DNA of 63,190 bases, filler included, from Rhabdomonas costata (lineage: Eukaryota): NCBI GenBank assembly GCA_019059605.1. It is 54 parts of 54 records of this genome, joined end to end, with 100 filler letters (N's around TTAATTAATTAA, not from the genome) between each part and the next. Parts side by side here need not be neighbours in the genome. Positions count along the whole stretch, not along the records: positions 1 to 1,072 come from JAHMHO010030089.1; positions 1,173 to 2,243 come from JAHMHO010030090.1; positions 2,344 to 3,417 come from JAHMHO010030091.1; positions 3,518 to 4,589 come from JAHMHO010030092.1; positions 4,690 to 5,761 come from JAHMHO010030093.1; positions 5,862 to 6,933 come from JAHMHO010030094.1; positions 7,034 to 8,104 come from JAHMHO010030095.1; positions 8,205 to 9,276 come from JAHMHO010030096.1; 46 more parts are not named here. The stretch is one strand, 5' to 3'. The notes beneath the pieces were generated by a model. That model did not search any database. It had not been told where the DNA came from and saw nothing but the letters and a program-made list of their open reading frames with translations. This document shows positions 1 to 12,941 of the stretch, one piece after another (position 1 is the first letter of the stretch; every line of letters begins with the position of its first letter). Position numbers and translations under genes: made by a program.

Positions 1-356
1 TGTTGTTTTGTAAAAAAAAAAAGCAGGCTGGAAAAACGACATCTCTGGTGTGCACATATGTTTTCTTGCAGATGACGTTGTCATGCGCCGTTGTCACTTC
101 CTTTCTTGCTGGGAAAAGCGAAAGCTCGCGCAAAGCGAGTGACTGCTGGGGCCGGCAAAAGTGGACGTGAAGAGGGCAATGGTGGGTGGTGGAGGGGCAC
201 AAACCAAGTCCGAAGCTGTCCGATGCGCTCAGTGCGCCGAATATCTCCTCCAGGGCTTCCACGGGTGAAGTCTACAAAGTGTGTGTGCGCGCGCTTGCGT
301 GGAAAACAGAATGGAAATCCATCATCCGTAATTTCTCTTTGCGCGGACTGCAGAGT

Positions 357-680
357 CAGATATGTGGGGTGCTTATGCGCCCGATGGGTGGGTGGGTAGG
401 TGGCGATGGTTGCCACCAGTAAACGTTAGTCCACCCCCAAAAAAACGTCACGCCCAAGGTGAACGCAACCGATTTATGTGAGGCTGGAGCGGAGAGGGAG
501 TGTGGAAAGTGGAAAGTGTCGGAGGACACGTACGGAGTCATTGCTGGGAGGAAACAAGCAGCACCGAAGCAGCGGGTAGTCGTGCTGCTGCCTCATCAAG
601 AACAGGGGCACGGCGTGCACCTCAAAGCAGAGAGCGGAGAAGAGGGGAGCGCGCTTAACGGGGTTTTGCCGTAGCTTCAA
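357..680 (+). pseudogene. Possible degenerate KilA-N domain remnant
   Basis: Fragments in different frames, ICGVLMRPMGGWV / VNATDLCEAGAERECGKWKVSEDT / G-VHLKA / GVLP, follow the KilA-N order (MR..DG.INAT.LC.AG....W....T ... GTWVHP..A...W.SP). Frameshifts and stops are present. Confidence 0.35.
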
Positions 681-1072
681 TAATGAAACAGAACAAACCT
701 AGACGCAAACTGGTATGTATTGGAACCAACACCGTCCGGTGCCGGTGCGACGGAAAAGAACCCCATTTGCATCTCAACCACTGGCGCAGGAGCAGCGCCC
801 GGGAGACACAATGGCGGACACGGGCAAAGACTGTCCTAAATCCGAACGCGATATATTATCAATTGCGGGCCTTTCATCTGATCAGTTGACCAAAATACAG
901 TTGTGTCGATAGGCTCATCAATTGATGGTATCTACCGATTATCACTTGCTTTGACAGAAAATCGAAGCAGTAAGAAGTGCACCACATTGATTTTGCACCA
1001 ATGGTTATGGAGCGTGAACGGCACGTACTACATGAGTACTCCTGGCAACTCCTGGCAATATCCACAACCCCC

Positions 1073-1172
1073 NNNNNNNNNNNNNNNNNNNNNNNNNNNN
1101 NNNNNNNNNNNNNNNNTTAATTAATTAANNNNNNNNNNNNNNNNNNNNNNNNNNNNNNNNNNNNNNNNNNNN
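1073..1172. other. Artificial contig-joining spacer (N44-TTAATTAATTAA-N44), first of 53; last one at 62024-62123
   Basis: An identical 100-nt block recurs about every 1.17 kb. TTAATTAATTAA gives stops in all six frames. Composition and gene content change abruptly across each spacer. Confidence 0.99.
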
Positions 1173-2343
1173 TTTTGGTGTTTTGTAAAAAATATTTGAT
1201 TCTTTGGTTTCCTGTTTTGTGAGCACCAATGTTAACGAGTATATGGTATCTGGAGTTTTTGGTTACTGGTAACCTTTTCTCTGATGGTCACTGGTTCCTT
1301 GTTGCCTTGAGTGTGTTTCTTAACTGGGTTGGAGTACGTTTGCATTACTGCCTTCGGTTACTGTGGTCGTTTTATGTCGCTGTGTTTTGGGTTACTGATC
1401 TGGTGTTTGTTTGTTGTTGAATTAGGCTGGTACATGTGATTGCGTTGAGACATTTTTGGAGAACTACGACTAGCATATACATAAGCCCCTGCGGGGCACA
1501 CTCACATCTACAGCCATGGGCCGAGCAGTGGTTGTAGCTGGTAATCCAATGTATGCATACAAAGGTATGCCTATGAGGTGGTAGCGACATCAGCGTTGAC
1601 ATCACTCCATGGTTAGCCATCAGCATTTCATCACCCACACAACCAACATCGCCTTCAACACACAGCTGGCTTGGTTGGCATGTTAGCATCTCATGTGGTG
1701 GTTGTCATTATTATCACTATTCACATCACACTTCACGTCTGATGTAAAGTGGATGCATTTGGTTAGTAGCGGTGGAAGCATCACACCCATCAACATAAAG
1801 CGCAGCGGTGACATCAGCCTTAGGCACAGAGTTGGCATACGCAATACCATCAAGATTACGATTGGGGCGGTAACATGACAGGTTGCCGTGGTCATCTTTG
1901 CGTGGACTGCATCCAAGCCGTCACCATGAACTACATTGGTGATGTTGTGGTTGCTTGGATGGCGTTGGGGTGTATTTGCGCCATAGACCACTACCACCAG
2001 TGTGGGGAACATACACCCCACACCAAGCACATCACGATGATCACAACCACCCATCGCACAGAGTACGGCTTACGGACTACGGTCCCTCCGTCCACAACAC
2101 CAAGGGATCACTTGCTGGATAGTGTTGCCGGATTTTATAGAGACTGTGACCCCGCCAAGAAGGCCAAAAGGCCCGCCAAAAACCCCCCTTTCCGCCATTT
2201 CCTGCGCCTCCGTACGCCTGTTTCCTTCGTCTGCCCACACACCNNNNNNNNNNNNNNNNNNNNNNNNNNNNNNNNNNNNNNNNNNNNTTAATTAATTAAN
2301 NNNNNNNNNNNNNNNNNNNNNNNNNNNNNNNNNNNNNNNNNNN

Positions 2344-2846
2344 TTGATTACACTCCGCCGCATTTCGCGGCGCGGGGCGGGGTCCTTCGCGACTCCCGCT
2401 TTTCCTCGGTGACCTGACGGTTGTGGTGATTTCTTCTCCTTCTGGGGTGGCGTGGCTACGAGTGTGCGCGAATTTGGCGTCAGATGTACGACCTGGTAGA
2501 TGCTTGCTCAGCGCGTCACGACGTGCTGCGTCCGGTAGATGATGATTCCGCTCCAGCCGATCCGCTGCGCCGTCAGGGCCCAGCCTTCTGCCCGGCCACT
2601 TACCTGTCCCGGTGGGTTCTCAGGACTGCGGACCCGGCTGGGGCCCACCGTTCCCGAACGCCTGTGACGCGCGTTGGGCGCTGCCGTGGCTTACCGTGGT
2701 ATACACCAAGTACCTGGCTTTGATTACACTCCGCCGCATTTCGCGGCGCGGGGCGGGGTCCTTCGCGACTCCCGCTTTTCCTCGGTGACCTGACGGTTGT
2801 GGTGATTTCTTCTCCTTCTGGGGTGGCGTGGCTACGAGTGTGCGCG
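2344..2846 (+). repeat. 127-bp perfect direct repeat (2344-2470 and 2720-2846) separated by 249 bp
   Basis: ttgattacactccgccg...ctacgagtgtgcgcg occurs twice. The first copy starts at the contig edge. Confidence 0.9.
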
Positions 2847-3620
2847 GGCGCGAAAGCTTTGACTCCAAAACCCAAACCTCTTGGCAAATTGCCTGCGTGT
2901 GGGCTGCCCTTCCGCGTGGAGGGTGTGCTTTCGACTGCCTGGTGCCTGTGGTGTGCTTTGGCTTCTCCCCTTCTCACAAACGCGAGCATTTCAGGGGGTG
3001 TGGGTGTGCCCTTTGGCCTTTCACAGCTTTCCCCTATTCCCGGCTTGTGCGTAGAAGCAAGGTGAGCACAGCAACAGCCAAACATTACGAATCAAGGCAA
3101 GTCTAGCCAAACACCGCACGACTTACGATACACAGCTCCACAGCCTAAACCTTCACAAAACCTCTTGAGCGGAACCCTACGAACTCAACCCCGACAACCA
3201 AACCACAAACAAATGCCAAAAAGAAGATTTTAAACACACCACACTTCAACCCATTGCGTTACGCAATTATCAAACTTCTACTCTAACACGTCAGGTCAAA
3301 AAGCCACAAATCACTTCCAAAGCCTTTTTTGATTCTTTAAATCAATGTAGAAGGTCTTGAAGATTCAATTTAAAGTAGTCTACTTAAAAATCCGCGGCAT
3401 TCTCGACCACCCCCACANNNNNNNNNNNNNNNNNNNNNNNNNNNNNNNNNNNNNNNNNNNNTTAATTAATTAANNNNNNNNNNNNNNNNNNNNNNNNNNN
3501 NNNNNNNNNNNNNNNNNGTTGTTGTGTGTCTTGCGGGTGCATTTGGAAGCGAAAGACGAAGGCAGTGGGAGACCCAGGGTGCCGGGGTCTGTGCGGAGGT
3601 GTGCGGAGGCGATGACAAAC

Positions 3621-4088
3621 CAATCTCTTCGACCTCGACCCCATTCTGCTCCAGGTACTCCGAGAGAGTCAGTGGGTTGCCATCCGTGGAGCACGCCACG
3701 ATGTCGTCCCCGTGGTTCCTGGCCTGTAAGAACACGGCGTACGTACGCTGTTGCATCGACCCAAAAGCCAGGCGTGCATCACCAAAAACTCAGCCACTTC
3801 TCATCGCTGCGCAAAATTCTCCAACTCTGATTCCAAAAAACGTAGCCGACATAAAGTTGTTGGGAGGGGCTCCAGCTCTGGTTTAACTCACGCTGCGTCA
3901 TGAGTTGGCGATCACTGAAAGTCGATCAAGAATTTATACGAAACTAAGTTTCTACTTGTAAGTATGCAATTGACGTCCGTGTGTGTGTGTGGCGAGAGAA
4001 AGAAAGTAGTCTGAAGAACCTTGTCCGCCACAAAGTCGATCAGGGCCTTGCAGGGCATCCCGCTGGACATGTGCACGTGGACATCGAT
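3621..4088 (-). CDS. AMP deaminase, partial (2 exons: 4088-4020, 3723-3621)
   Basis: Spliced peptide IDVHVHMSSGMPCKALIDFVADK|ARNHGDDIVACSTDGNPLTLSEYLEQNGV matches the AMP deaminase D.H.H metal motif and the following DxIV...G..LTL segment. GT-AG intron 4019-3724 is in phase. Confidence 0.8.
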
Positions 4089-4515
4089 CTGAAAGAGGGT
4101 AAAAAAGAGACGAGAAAGCTCCAACGGTCCGTAAAGTGATAGGTATCGAAGGCCGTGTCCGAACGCTGGGGAGGGTTTTGCAATTTATTGTTATTAAAGG
4201 GGGTTTATTGGTATCAAAAGGTAAGGAAGGAAACCTAGACATTCACCTCGGTATGCCTCTCCAGCGTATTTTTGGCGACGAGTCTGAGTGGAACGATTTA
4301 CTTGCCGGTCGCCAGTAAACCGCCAGACCATCTGAAGTTAACACGTTTAACACCACTCCCACCAGGAACCGCATCACCAAAGGTCTTTGCTTAACAAATA
4401 GTTTTCATAAAGATGCACGCACACCTACATGGCTTTTTTTTTCGATTACAGCTTCCCATTGCTCACGCATCAACAGGATCGAAACCACACCTCGACCTCG
4501 TTCGAGCTTAAGATG

Positions 4516-4555
4516 AGTAAGTAATAAGTAAGTAAATAAGTAAGTCAGTAATAAG
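4516..4555 (+). repeat. Degenerate (AGTA/TAAG)n simple repeat
   Basis: agtaagtaataagtaagtaaataagtaagtcagtaataag. Confidence 0.7.
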
Positions 4556-6148
4556 AGGACTGTTTGAGATTAAAGGAGGATGGGGATGGNNNNNNNNNNN
4601 NNNNNNNNNNNNNNNNNNNNNNNNNNNNNNNNNTTAATTAATTAANNNNNNNNNNNNNNNNNNNNNNNNNNNNNNNNNNNNNNNNNNNNGTGGTGGGTGT
4701 GTGTGGTGCTTGGTGGTTCCTTTCGCTGACGCTTGCTGTGCAATGCGAGGAGGACAGAAACGACGGACTGAATGAGAGTTGGTGTAAGAAGAGGGTGCGT
4801 ATGTGTGAGAGTTGAAATCCAGAGTGCCCAGGTACTTTCACTGCGCCAACGACACCCATCGTTTGGGCGCCCTTCTCTACTCCCAGCTGTTTTTTGACTT
4901 TGGGTGCATGAAGCTATACGCACCCCCCTCTCTGTCTCTGTCGTTCCGCCACGATCTCGGCTTCGCTGTGTGCCTCTGATGCCCCAGGCCCAGCCTCCCC
5001 GGCTGGGCCTGGCCTTCTGTGCAGCCGCAGCCTCCCAGCCTTTGTTCAGGGCACAATAATGAGGTGCCGCTCCGCAGCACGGAGCGGGGCTCGTGGGCCT
5101 TCTCCCGTGGCTGCCTCTGGTCGGCCGATTTATCCCTTCCTTCCTGAGTCGCAGTTCACATCGTAATTGTGTTTTTGGGGGCAGCACCCCGTTGGCTACC
5201 TAACCCCACAAATGATGTGTGCAACCTAGGGATTCCATGGGTTAGGGTTAGTCAAAGATAATTATGTGCGCCCGTTATTGATGATCTGGATCTTTTCCGG
5301 GATGTGATGATAATGAGTCGATGGGCACCGTCACTACCATGAACGAAATCAGGAAGGACGATCAAAAGAAGAGCCTCACCGAACCGGACGGCATCTTGAA
5401 GACTTTACGAACCACGACGAAAGCTCCAAAGAAGATCAATCAAAGCAGCAGTAGAAGGGGAGAGTCCTCCACCCTTTGAGCAGCGGTGGAGAGGCGGCCA
5501 ACAGCCCTCCTAAACTTCTAAAGAAGCCTCTTGTGAGAATGGTAGAATTGGTACACGCGTCTGTGATTTTCAGGGCCGGCGGCTGAGGAGCGTCCCCCTG
5601 CCGAGATTGTGCTGCGGCAGCTTTGCGCGGCGTCCTCAAAGGTCTCCCAGGTCAAGAGCGACTTCTGCTCATGCGAGGATCTCAGCAGGGGTCTGAGGGC
5701 CCACCCTTCCCTCCATACCTGCCTCCACGTGCGCACTCCTTTGACTTGACAACAAACACAANNNNNNNNNNNNNNNNNNNNNNNNNNNNNNNNNNNNNNN
5801 NNNNNTTAATTAATTAANNNNNNNNNNNNNNNNNNNNNNNNNNNNNNNNNNNNNNNNNNNNGGGTTTGTGTGCTCCTCAACTTCAACCTCTACCTCTTCT
5901 TTGAGGAGCACAGAAATCCTCCTGCTCCCTTCATCAACACTGCATACCATTCAATTAGAGTATTGCCTGGTGCACTAGAATCGCAGGTGGCCAAACGGAC
6001 GGAGCCTTGGTGAGCAATCCCCCCACTCTCGTGGGGTGTGGGTGTCTAAGAAACCTTCATTCATTCGTTTGTTCGTCATTACAGCACTGCGCTCCCCCAT
6101 TCCCGTCCGCGAATCCTGATTATTCATCAGGGAGCGAAAAACACGGAC

Positions 6149-6905
6149 CTGTTCCCCCTGCGACCAGTACCAGCTTGCGGTACTTCCTCGGCGTGTGCGT
6201 AAACTCCCCGGAGAAAGGTCCGGCCACAAAGGCGGCATCGCCCACGGCGAGGTCGTGCAGCCCCCGCGAAACCGTGCCGTCGGGATACCGCTTCACCATC
6301 ACCTCAAGCCACCTATACGATGCAAGGACGGCCAAGAAGGAGAAAGTATATTTCACGTGAACCAGCTGCAGAATCACCCCGCTTATGATCTGGCTCAGGT
6401 TGCACTGCAAATAAGAACGGTGGTGAAACAATTTCAGAGAAAAAGTACCCGACCTGCGAAGTTGGCGAATCAGTTTCGGTGAGCGTATTTCTACCGTGAC
6501 GGTTTGCACTTTCAGTAAAATAAAGCGTGTTTCGATATTTTGCTTTTGTTTTTTTGTTGGGGGGGGGGTGAGCAGTAATCTGTCAAGGTAGAAATCGGAG
6601 TCTGACGAAAACTTCGAGATACAAATTATTCGTCAAAACTTTATTGTGAAATGAAAGATCCGATGCGTCAGTGATTTGGTGCAAGTGCAAGAAAAGAAAC
6701 GTTGAGAAAGATAGCTGCAAAAAAGTTGGACGCCGCACACCCAGGTCCCACAGACAGGGGAGTGTAGCTGCGCGCAGCGAACCGCCCCGTGACGCCATCC
6801 ACCAGCCCGATCTTCACATGACCTGTGAGGGGCACCACGAGTTCCCTGGGAAGCCCATCTGCCCACCGCAGCCGCAGCATCGCTGTGTCATGGCTGACCG
6901 CAACA
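6149..6905 (-). CDS. NADH-cytochrome b5 reductase-like FAD/NAD(P)H oxidoreductase, partial (exons ~6905-6741, 6312-6149)
   Basis: VSHDT..LRL...GHVKI...RSYTPLS|G WLEVMVKRYPDGTVSRGLHDLAVGD..VAGPF...LVLVAGGTG contains the FAD motif RxY(T/S)P, G..S and the NAD motif GGTG. GT-AG intron is in phase. Confidence 0.9.
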
Positions 6906-8942
6906 CACCACCAAAACCACACACACCCAACACNNNNNNNNNNNNNNNNNNNNNNNNNNNNNNNNNNNNNNNNNNNNTTAATTAATTAANNNNNNNNNNN
7001 NNNNNNNNNNNNNNNNNNNNNNNNNNNNNNNNNCCGTGGCGGGGCGGCTGGGTCGGCGCTGGGTCGTCGAGGAGCCATCCTCGGAGACGGCCGGGAGGAT
7101 GGAGATCGAGGGCCCACGTAACGAGCTTGCGGACTGAGCTCGCCTGAAAAAAAAGACAGCCGAAGAAAAGGAAGATAACCCCCAAAAGTGGCCAGGAATG
7201 CTTTTAACTCACGCTAGGACTCTCTTTCTGTCTATCAGAGGAGAGCCAGGTCAGGCACACCCTTCTGTTAATTATCCATACACAGGTGGTGACAACGGCA
7301 CAAGTACAGGGAACGGGTGCGCGCCCGCGGGTTCCCACATGAAAAGAAAGTCCAGCTGTACTTCACTCGACTTTGTCGAGCGGATTCTGCAGAAGTGTGG
7401 TGCCCCTTTAACCTCCCTTCGAATGTGATGGCGATGGCTCAAGCCATCCAGAAAAGCATTCGCGACCCACAAATTTCAATTTCTTACTTCCCCAAAAAAT
7501 TGGTTCCGTTGAGGGCTCCATAAAGTGGGTGGTGGGGATAACGTGAAATGGTTTAGCACCCCCGAAACAGCTTTCTGAAAGGGGTAAAGTGTGCCAGTGC
7601 TTAAATTGCAACAGTATTTGTGGGTTGGCACTCAGAGCTACTTCTGGAAGAGGGCCAGCCTATGGCTGGCTGGACGAGTACGACAGAATTCTTTGGGGGT
7701 GGAGGTCAATCAGCGGTGCGACGGGGCTGAGCCGCTGGGTGGGGACGTGATGTGGTGTGGGGCTTCAACGACACTTTTTAACGAGAAGAACTGTTACCAC
7801 TGGCCACCCAACTTTTTGAGCACCCAGTTCAGCGAACAAAGCGTCTATGCAAAAGCCACGGATGCAGGAGAGCCAAGAGATGCACACTTGCTCATCAGGG
7901 GAGGCGTGCGCGGGAAGCAGGTAGTCAAGCACTCAGCGGCTCAGCGTCACAAAACTGCGCTTATGAATCCATGCAAAAGAAACAATCAACAACCGAAACA
8001 ATGTTCCCTACACTCGCTCAGAGCATCCTATACAAAGCGTCTGGTACGTGAAAACCAAAACCAAAATAAAGAAGTTAGACAAGTCATTCAGAATACAACC
8101 CAACNNNNNNNNNNNNNNNNNNNNNNNNNNNNNNNNNNNNNNNNNNNNTTAATTAATTAANNNNNNNNNNNNNNNNNNNNNNNNNNNNNNNNNNNNNNNN
8201 NNNNATACCAGAAGTGAATTGCGCGAAGTGTTATGGGGAGAAAAGAGAACGGCGGCCGCTTCCCAAACCCCCACCGGGGGCAGGTACTTCTTTGGAGAAA
8301 ATCACAATTCTGCAGTAGGGCACGGGAGGAGGAGGGAGGGAGGGACGGATGGGGTTGGTTGGACCGAGTCGCAGGCGGAACCTCAAAGAACCTCAGGAAC
8401 TGAAGTTCAAACGGGAACGGGAAAGGGAAGCAGCAAGAAGGTTTCTGTGGAAAACCACAAGAGTAATCAAAGGCTGCCGTACCCCAACTTTCCTCCTGGG
8501 ATTAAAGAAGAAGCAGCTTCATGAGAACTACACCCAGAGAATGCGGTGACTTGATAGCACCCCCAGATGAAAAATGCAAGCTTAAACGCCTTCACCAACA
8601 TCCTGCAAAAACGCTGCATTTCGGATAGCTTCACATCCGCGCCATCACGCGCCGCGAGACATCCATCGAAGGCAAAAACACAGTCAACGACGAAGCAGCT
8701 GGCAAGCAGCTGACAGAGTATCACTCAAATACACTTTACAGTTCAAAAAACAACCAAAGTACAAGGGAATGCGTTGTGTGAGTGACCCAAAGGAATCCCT
8801 CTGGGCGCAAGCGGCGAGCGGCGTCGACTAAAGAAGTGTTGCCAGGGGTGAGTGAGGTGTCAAATACATGGTGATGTGCTGCTAACGAGTTGCTGGTGGA
8901 AGGGTTTCCGACACCACTCTGTGGTTAGGAGCAGAGCTCGAC

Positions 8943-9192
8943 TCAGCTCAGCTCAAAGCCCTGGTCAGCCTCGATGGCGTACGCCAGCTTGCCCTCCAGG
9001 GTGGCGCGGTCGGTGTAAGGGGGGAGCTTCAGCTGGCACATACACGTCGCCGCGGTGGGCAGGCGGTCCGTGCCGTCGGGGCTGACGTACATGTGGAGGT
9101 TGAAGGGCGGGTGGAGGTACTTGAACCCCATCAAGGGGGCCTTGTTGACGCTTGTGGTGAAGCACAGCAGCTTGCGCTGCTGCTCCGCTGTC
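8943..9192 (-). CDS. HECT E3 ubiquitin ligase, terminal exon (UBE3B/C-like)
   Basis: QRKLLCFTTSVNKAPLMGFKYLHPPF...RLPTAATCMCQLKLPPY...LEGKLAYAIEADQGFELS*. Has the catalytic Cys motif and the C-terminal GFELS. cag acceptor at 9195-9193. Confidence 0.93.
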
Positions 9193-9540
9193 CTGAGCAA
9201 GGGCACAAGCATAAAAATGTCGAATGGACCTCCCTCTAAAAGCTCTCAAACACCCTAGACTGGTATCACACCAACCNNNNNNNNNNNNNNNNNNNNNNNN
9301 NNNNNNNNNNNNNNNNNNNNTTAATTAATTAANNNNNNNNNNNNNNNNNNNNNNNNNNNNNNNNNNNNNNNNNNNNGTTGTTTTTGCAGTTTTATGTGCA
9401 GTGATTTTAAAACGCCGTCATTGTGATTTGCAGCGAGAGATTCAAAGGTTGATCTGCTACTGCTCGCCATCCATTGGATTAGCTTTAATATTCGGTGCTT
9501 CTTTGCTGGCACCCCCTCCCCCCACACGGAACCCTTGCAG

Positions 9541-10241
9541 GTTGATTCGCGAGTTTCAAGAGCTGGAGGGCAAGCCTAGTGGACTGCCTGGGCTGTTGCT
9601 GGAAGAGTTTATGCAGGTGCTGGGTCCCTATGTGGAGCAGCACTTCGGGGAGGGAGTCCACCATGACCTGCAGGAGATCTTCCGGATGTGTGACCAAAAC
9701 GGTGATTCCGCTTTTTGTCGCTTGCTGGCTTAACTTATTATCGTTGACACTGATCACAGGGTTGTTGCGCCATTTCTAAATCGTTCTTTGCCAGGAGTAG
9801 CAAAGAGTTTTTTTTTTTGAAAAATGGTGTCTCGTTTTGAAGGGTAATGAGCAGATCAGCAGTGTCCGCCGCCACTCGTTTACCTTGTGGGAAAGAGCAC
9901 GGTTTTCGGATGTTGGCCACTGGCCACTGGTGGTTTTTCTCAAGAGCGGCTAATGTCAAAGGTTGTTGGGGTCACGTTCAGGCTGCATTTCGAATTATTT
10001 TCCCGTCAATTGGCGTGAGTGTGGACCTTGTTGTGTATACACCCATGAAGGAGACGAGCGGGTATCGTTCGCGGACTTCTCCGGGGTTGTTCTGGACGCC
10101 AGTCTGTCGCACAACTGCATCCGCAAGGATACAGAGATGCCCTTGGGGGAGTGGGCCTGCGCCGCCACCTTTGAGCTGCACAGTGGCAGCGAGGACGTGG
10201 TGCGGAAGATGAAGTTCTTCCCCGCCATGAACCGGCTGTGG
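9541..10241 (+). CDS. EF-hand protein, partial, possibly EF-hand + WD40 (exons 9541-9701, 10051-10241)
   Basis: Splicing reconstitutes the EF loop LQEIFRMCDQN|GDERVSFADF across a phase-1 GT-AG intron. Confidence 0.75.
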
Positions 10242-11889
10242 GTACGTGTGCGTAGTTTGTGAGGCCCCCTCCCTCTCCCTTAACCCACGATATGGACGCC
10301 CTACCTGTGGTTACGGGGCTGATTTTTAACACCGCTACCTACACCGCAACCCCCCCCCAAAAAAAAGGCCGGGCGGACAATTTAAATTGGGTTGCTTTTA
10401 CTCCGCATTGAACAAAGGAAGAAAAAACACCCCACACACACCCCACACNNNNNNNNNNNNNNNNNNNNNNNNNNNNNNNNNNNNNNNNNNNNTTAATTAA
10501 TTAANNNNNNNNNNNNNNNNNNNNNNNNNNNNNNNNNNNNNNNNNNNNGTGTGGGTTGGGTACCGAAACCTGCGCCCATGACGTGCGGTGATGGGGCTGA
10601 GCGTGTGTTTCGTAATAATCGACGGTATCTTGGAGACTGAGTACCCATTTTTATTCTTTTTCTCCCAATAGGAGTTACAAACACTCATTGATACAAATGG
10701 TAACGTATGTAATGTAACCCAAAAACCCAATGGCTCACTTTGCATCGATCTCTCGGTGTGTCACGGACAATTCAACAGGTATGCGTGTGTATGCGTGTGT
10801 GCATTCGTGCGTGTGATGTGCGCGTTTGATGAACGACTGTTCTGAGGGACTTGGGTGGTTCTGGGCTGTTGTCGTCGTTGCCGATGCTGTGAGGGCAACG
10901 AAAATGATGGAGACGGGAAAAATTAGCTACGTTAGCTACCTCCGGCGCGCAGACTGACGATCGTAAGGAGGACCCTATATCAAACGGGCTTTTGGGGAAA
11001 ATCCTGTGATGGCGTTGCAGGATTCCGAAGTGTGTGAGGCTCAGCGCAGTGTGGCGCTCATCAGAAATATTGCACAACGCTCTACTCTGCATGCTTCTGA
11101 ACCGCGCTGTGGTAGTCATACCCGCAGCAGGCGCTGCGAAACAAAAGGCAGTCCGACAGCTGGCCGAGAGTCCCCCCTCCCACGGGACAATGAAATACCC
11201 TATGTGAGTTTCTTTTCCGAGGATTTCACAGGAAGTTCCTGGCAGCCATTGCTTGGAAGACTCCCAACTTATGGCGACGAAAAAGTCACCTCCCACCCCA
11301 GAGACACACACACACAGACGCACATTTAGTGGCTTTTCACCTCCCGGTCCCGAACACCGTTCTAAAGTTGCTTTGCTAATAACTTAACGGTTTTCCCAGC
11401 ATTGCACCCCTGGAACTCACTCCCACCTGCCGCCAAATGCCAGTGCGCATCCGCATGTTAATCAAAGAGACTCTTATACGTGTTGCCAATGTGGAGGAAA
11501 GGGGCCGAATAAAAAACAACGTGCCCTCCCCCAACCAACCAAATACTCTCTGTCGACAGAGCAGTTGCTCCTGGCATTTGGTCCAGGAAGGCCGGAAAGG
11601 CTTTTGAATGCACACCAACANNNNNNNNNNNNNNNNNNNNNNNNNNNNNNNNNNNNNNNNNNNNTTAATTAATTAANNNNNNNNNNNNNNNNNNNNNNNN
11701 NNNNNNNNNNNNNNNNNNNNGTTGGTTGTTCGCACATCGACTCCTGCCTATATCATCTGCAAGCGTTATCCATGTTTGATTGTAAAAAACAATTGGCGGC
11801 GTGATTCCCAGATGAGAAGGTCACACATGATCGGGCACAGGATTGTGCAGTCAAGCTTGTGCGTTTGTGCGGAAGGTTGGGGGGCACAC

Positions 11890-12044
11890 TTTAAGGTGTC
11901 GAGCTGCTCCATTCTCTCCAGCACCTCAGTGACGAGGTGGGGCCGGTTGGCGCGCAGCAGAGACTCCATCACAAACACGCAGTCCTCCAGCTGCACCAGG
12001 TTCCAAGGGTTCTTGGTGTACTGCCGCCACGCCTGCACGATAAC
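11890..12044 (-). CDS. Internal exon of unknown helical protein
   Basis: cag/gt-flanked, GC3-rich: VIVQAWRQYTKNPWNLVQLEDCVFVMESLLRANRPHLVTEVLERMEQLDTL. Confidence 0.5.
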
Positions 12045-12941
12045 CTGAGTGGAGCCACGGAATACAAACGGAAGCCCGACAAGTTGCAAAGGAGAGGATC
12101 CCATCCCCTGCAAAACAGTGGGGGAGGGGGGGGGGCGAAAAAAGCAACAGACATAATCACTTGTCTCGCGTTGTCTGACGTACAGCACATTACATCGTAA
12201 CCTAGAGAAGTCTATTTGAAAGCTGCGCGGGCGAGCAGCACCCAACACCACCGTAACCGACCAAAGTCATCGCGGTGATGGCGGGGGGGGGGAGTTGGTG
12301 GTTAGGAACCCAGGAGGCTCTCTCGCGAGCTTTGTTCAGAAGTGGCTTCAGCATCTCTCATCGGTGCTCCATCACAGGCATCACAGGGGAGTTGCTTCAG
12401 ACCACTACGACATCTACCTCCTGGTCTAAACGTGTGCCAAATTATAAAAAGGGCCATTTCTTAACCAAATTTATTTTGACTTTCATGAGGCAAATTAGTT
12501 CTGAAGTAAGCTATACCTCAGTAATCAGTATGCGACGGTTCTTGATTCTCTCCCGTGTTTTCAGTCAATATGAAAACACCGTTATCTGGGCGTTTTGAGG
12601 CGAACCAGAATCATTTCAGGGTGCGACTGTGTATTCTGCAGGCCGCAGCTTTGGCAAAGGCTATGAGGTTTGAACCCAGCCATGCAGCCATGTGCCACCG
12701 GGTCCAACCAAGCCCACATGCAATTACTCCGTGATTATGTTTGTGAAAGGGATGGGCTTCGGACCCGCGGGCGAGGCACTTGCACAAACCACNNNNNNNN
12801 NNNNNNNNNNNNNNNNNNNNNNNNNNNNNNNNNNNNTTAATTAATTAANNNNNNNNNNNNNNNNNNNNNNNNNNNNNNNNNNNNNNNNNNNNTGTGGGGG
12901 GGGAATTGGGGAGACATCGCCACACTCAACAGTTTCCCTAG

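Noticed and set aside
1117-1128. Regularly spaced TTAATTAATTAA as a CRISPR repeat or genomic repeat
   Set aside because: It is embedded in N runs at fixed geometry, so it is an assembly linker. ORFs ending in X...LIN or X...N are artefacts of it.
5239-5251. gggttagggttag as a telomere
   Set aside because: Only two units, and they are internal to the contig.
12310-12420. Apparent exon with two in-frame TGA codons, suggesting stop-codon recoding
   Set aside because: No homology supports that frame and another frame is open. TGA is used as a normal stop in the HECT gene.
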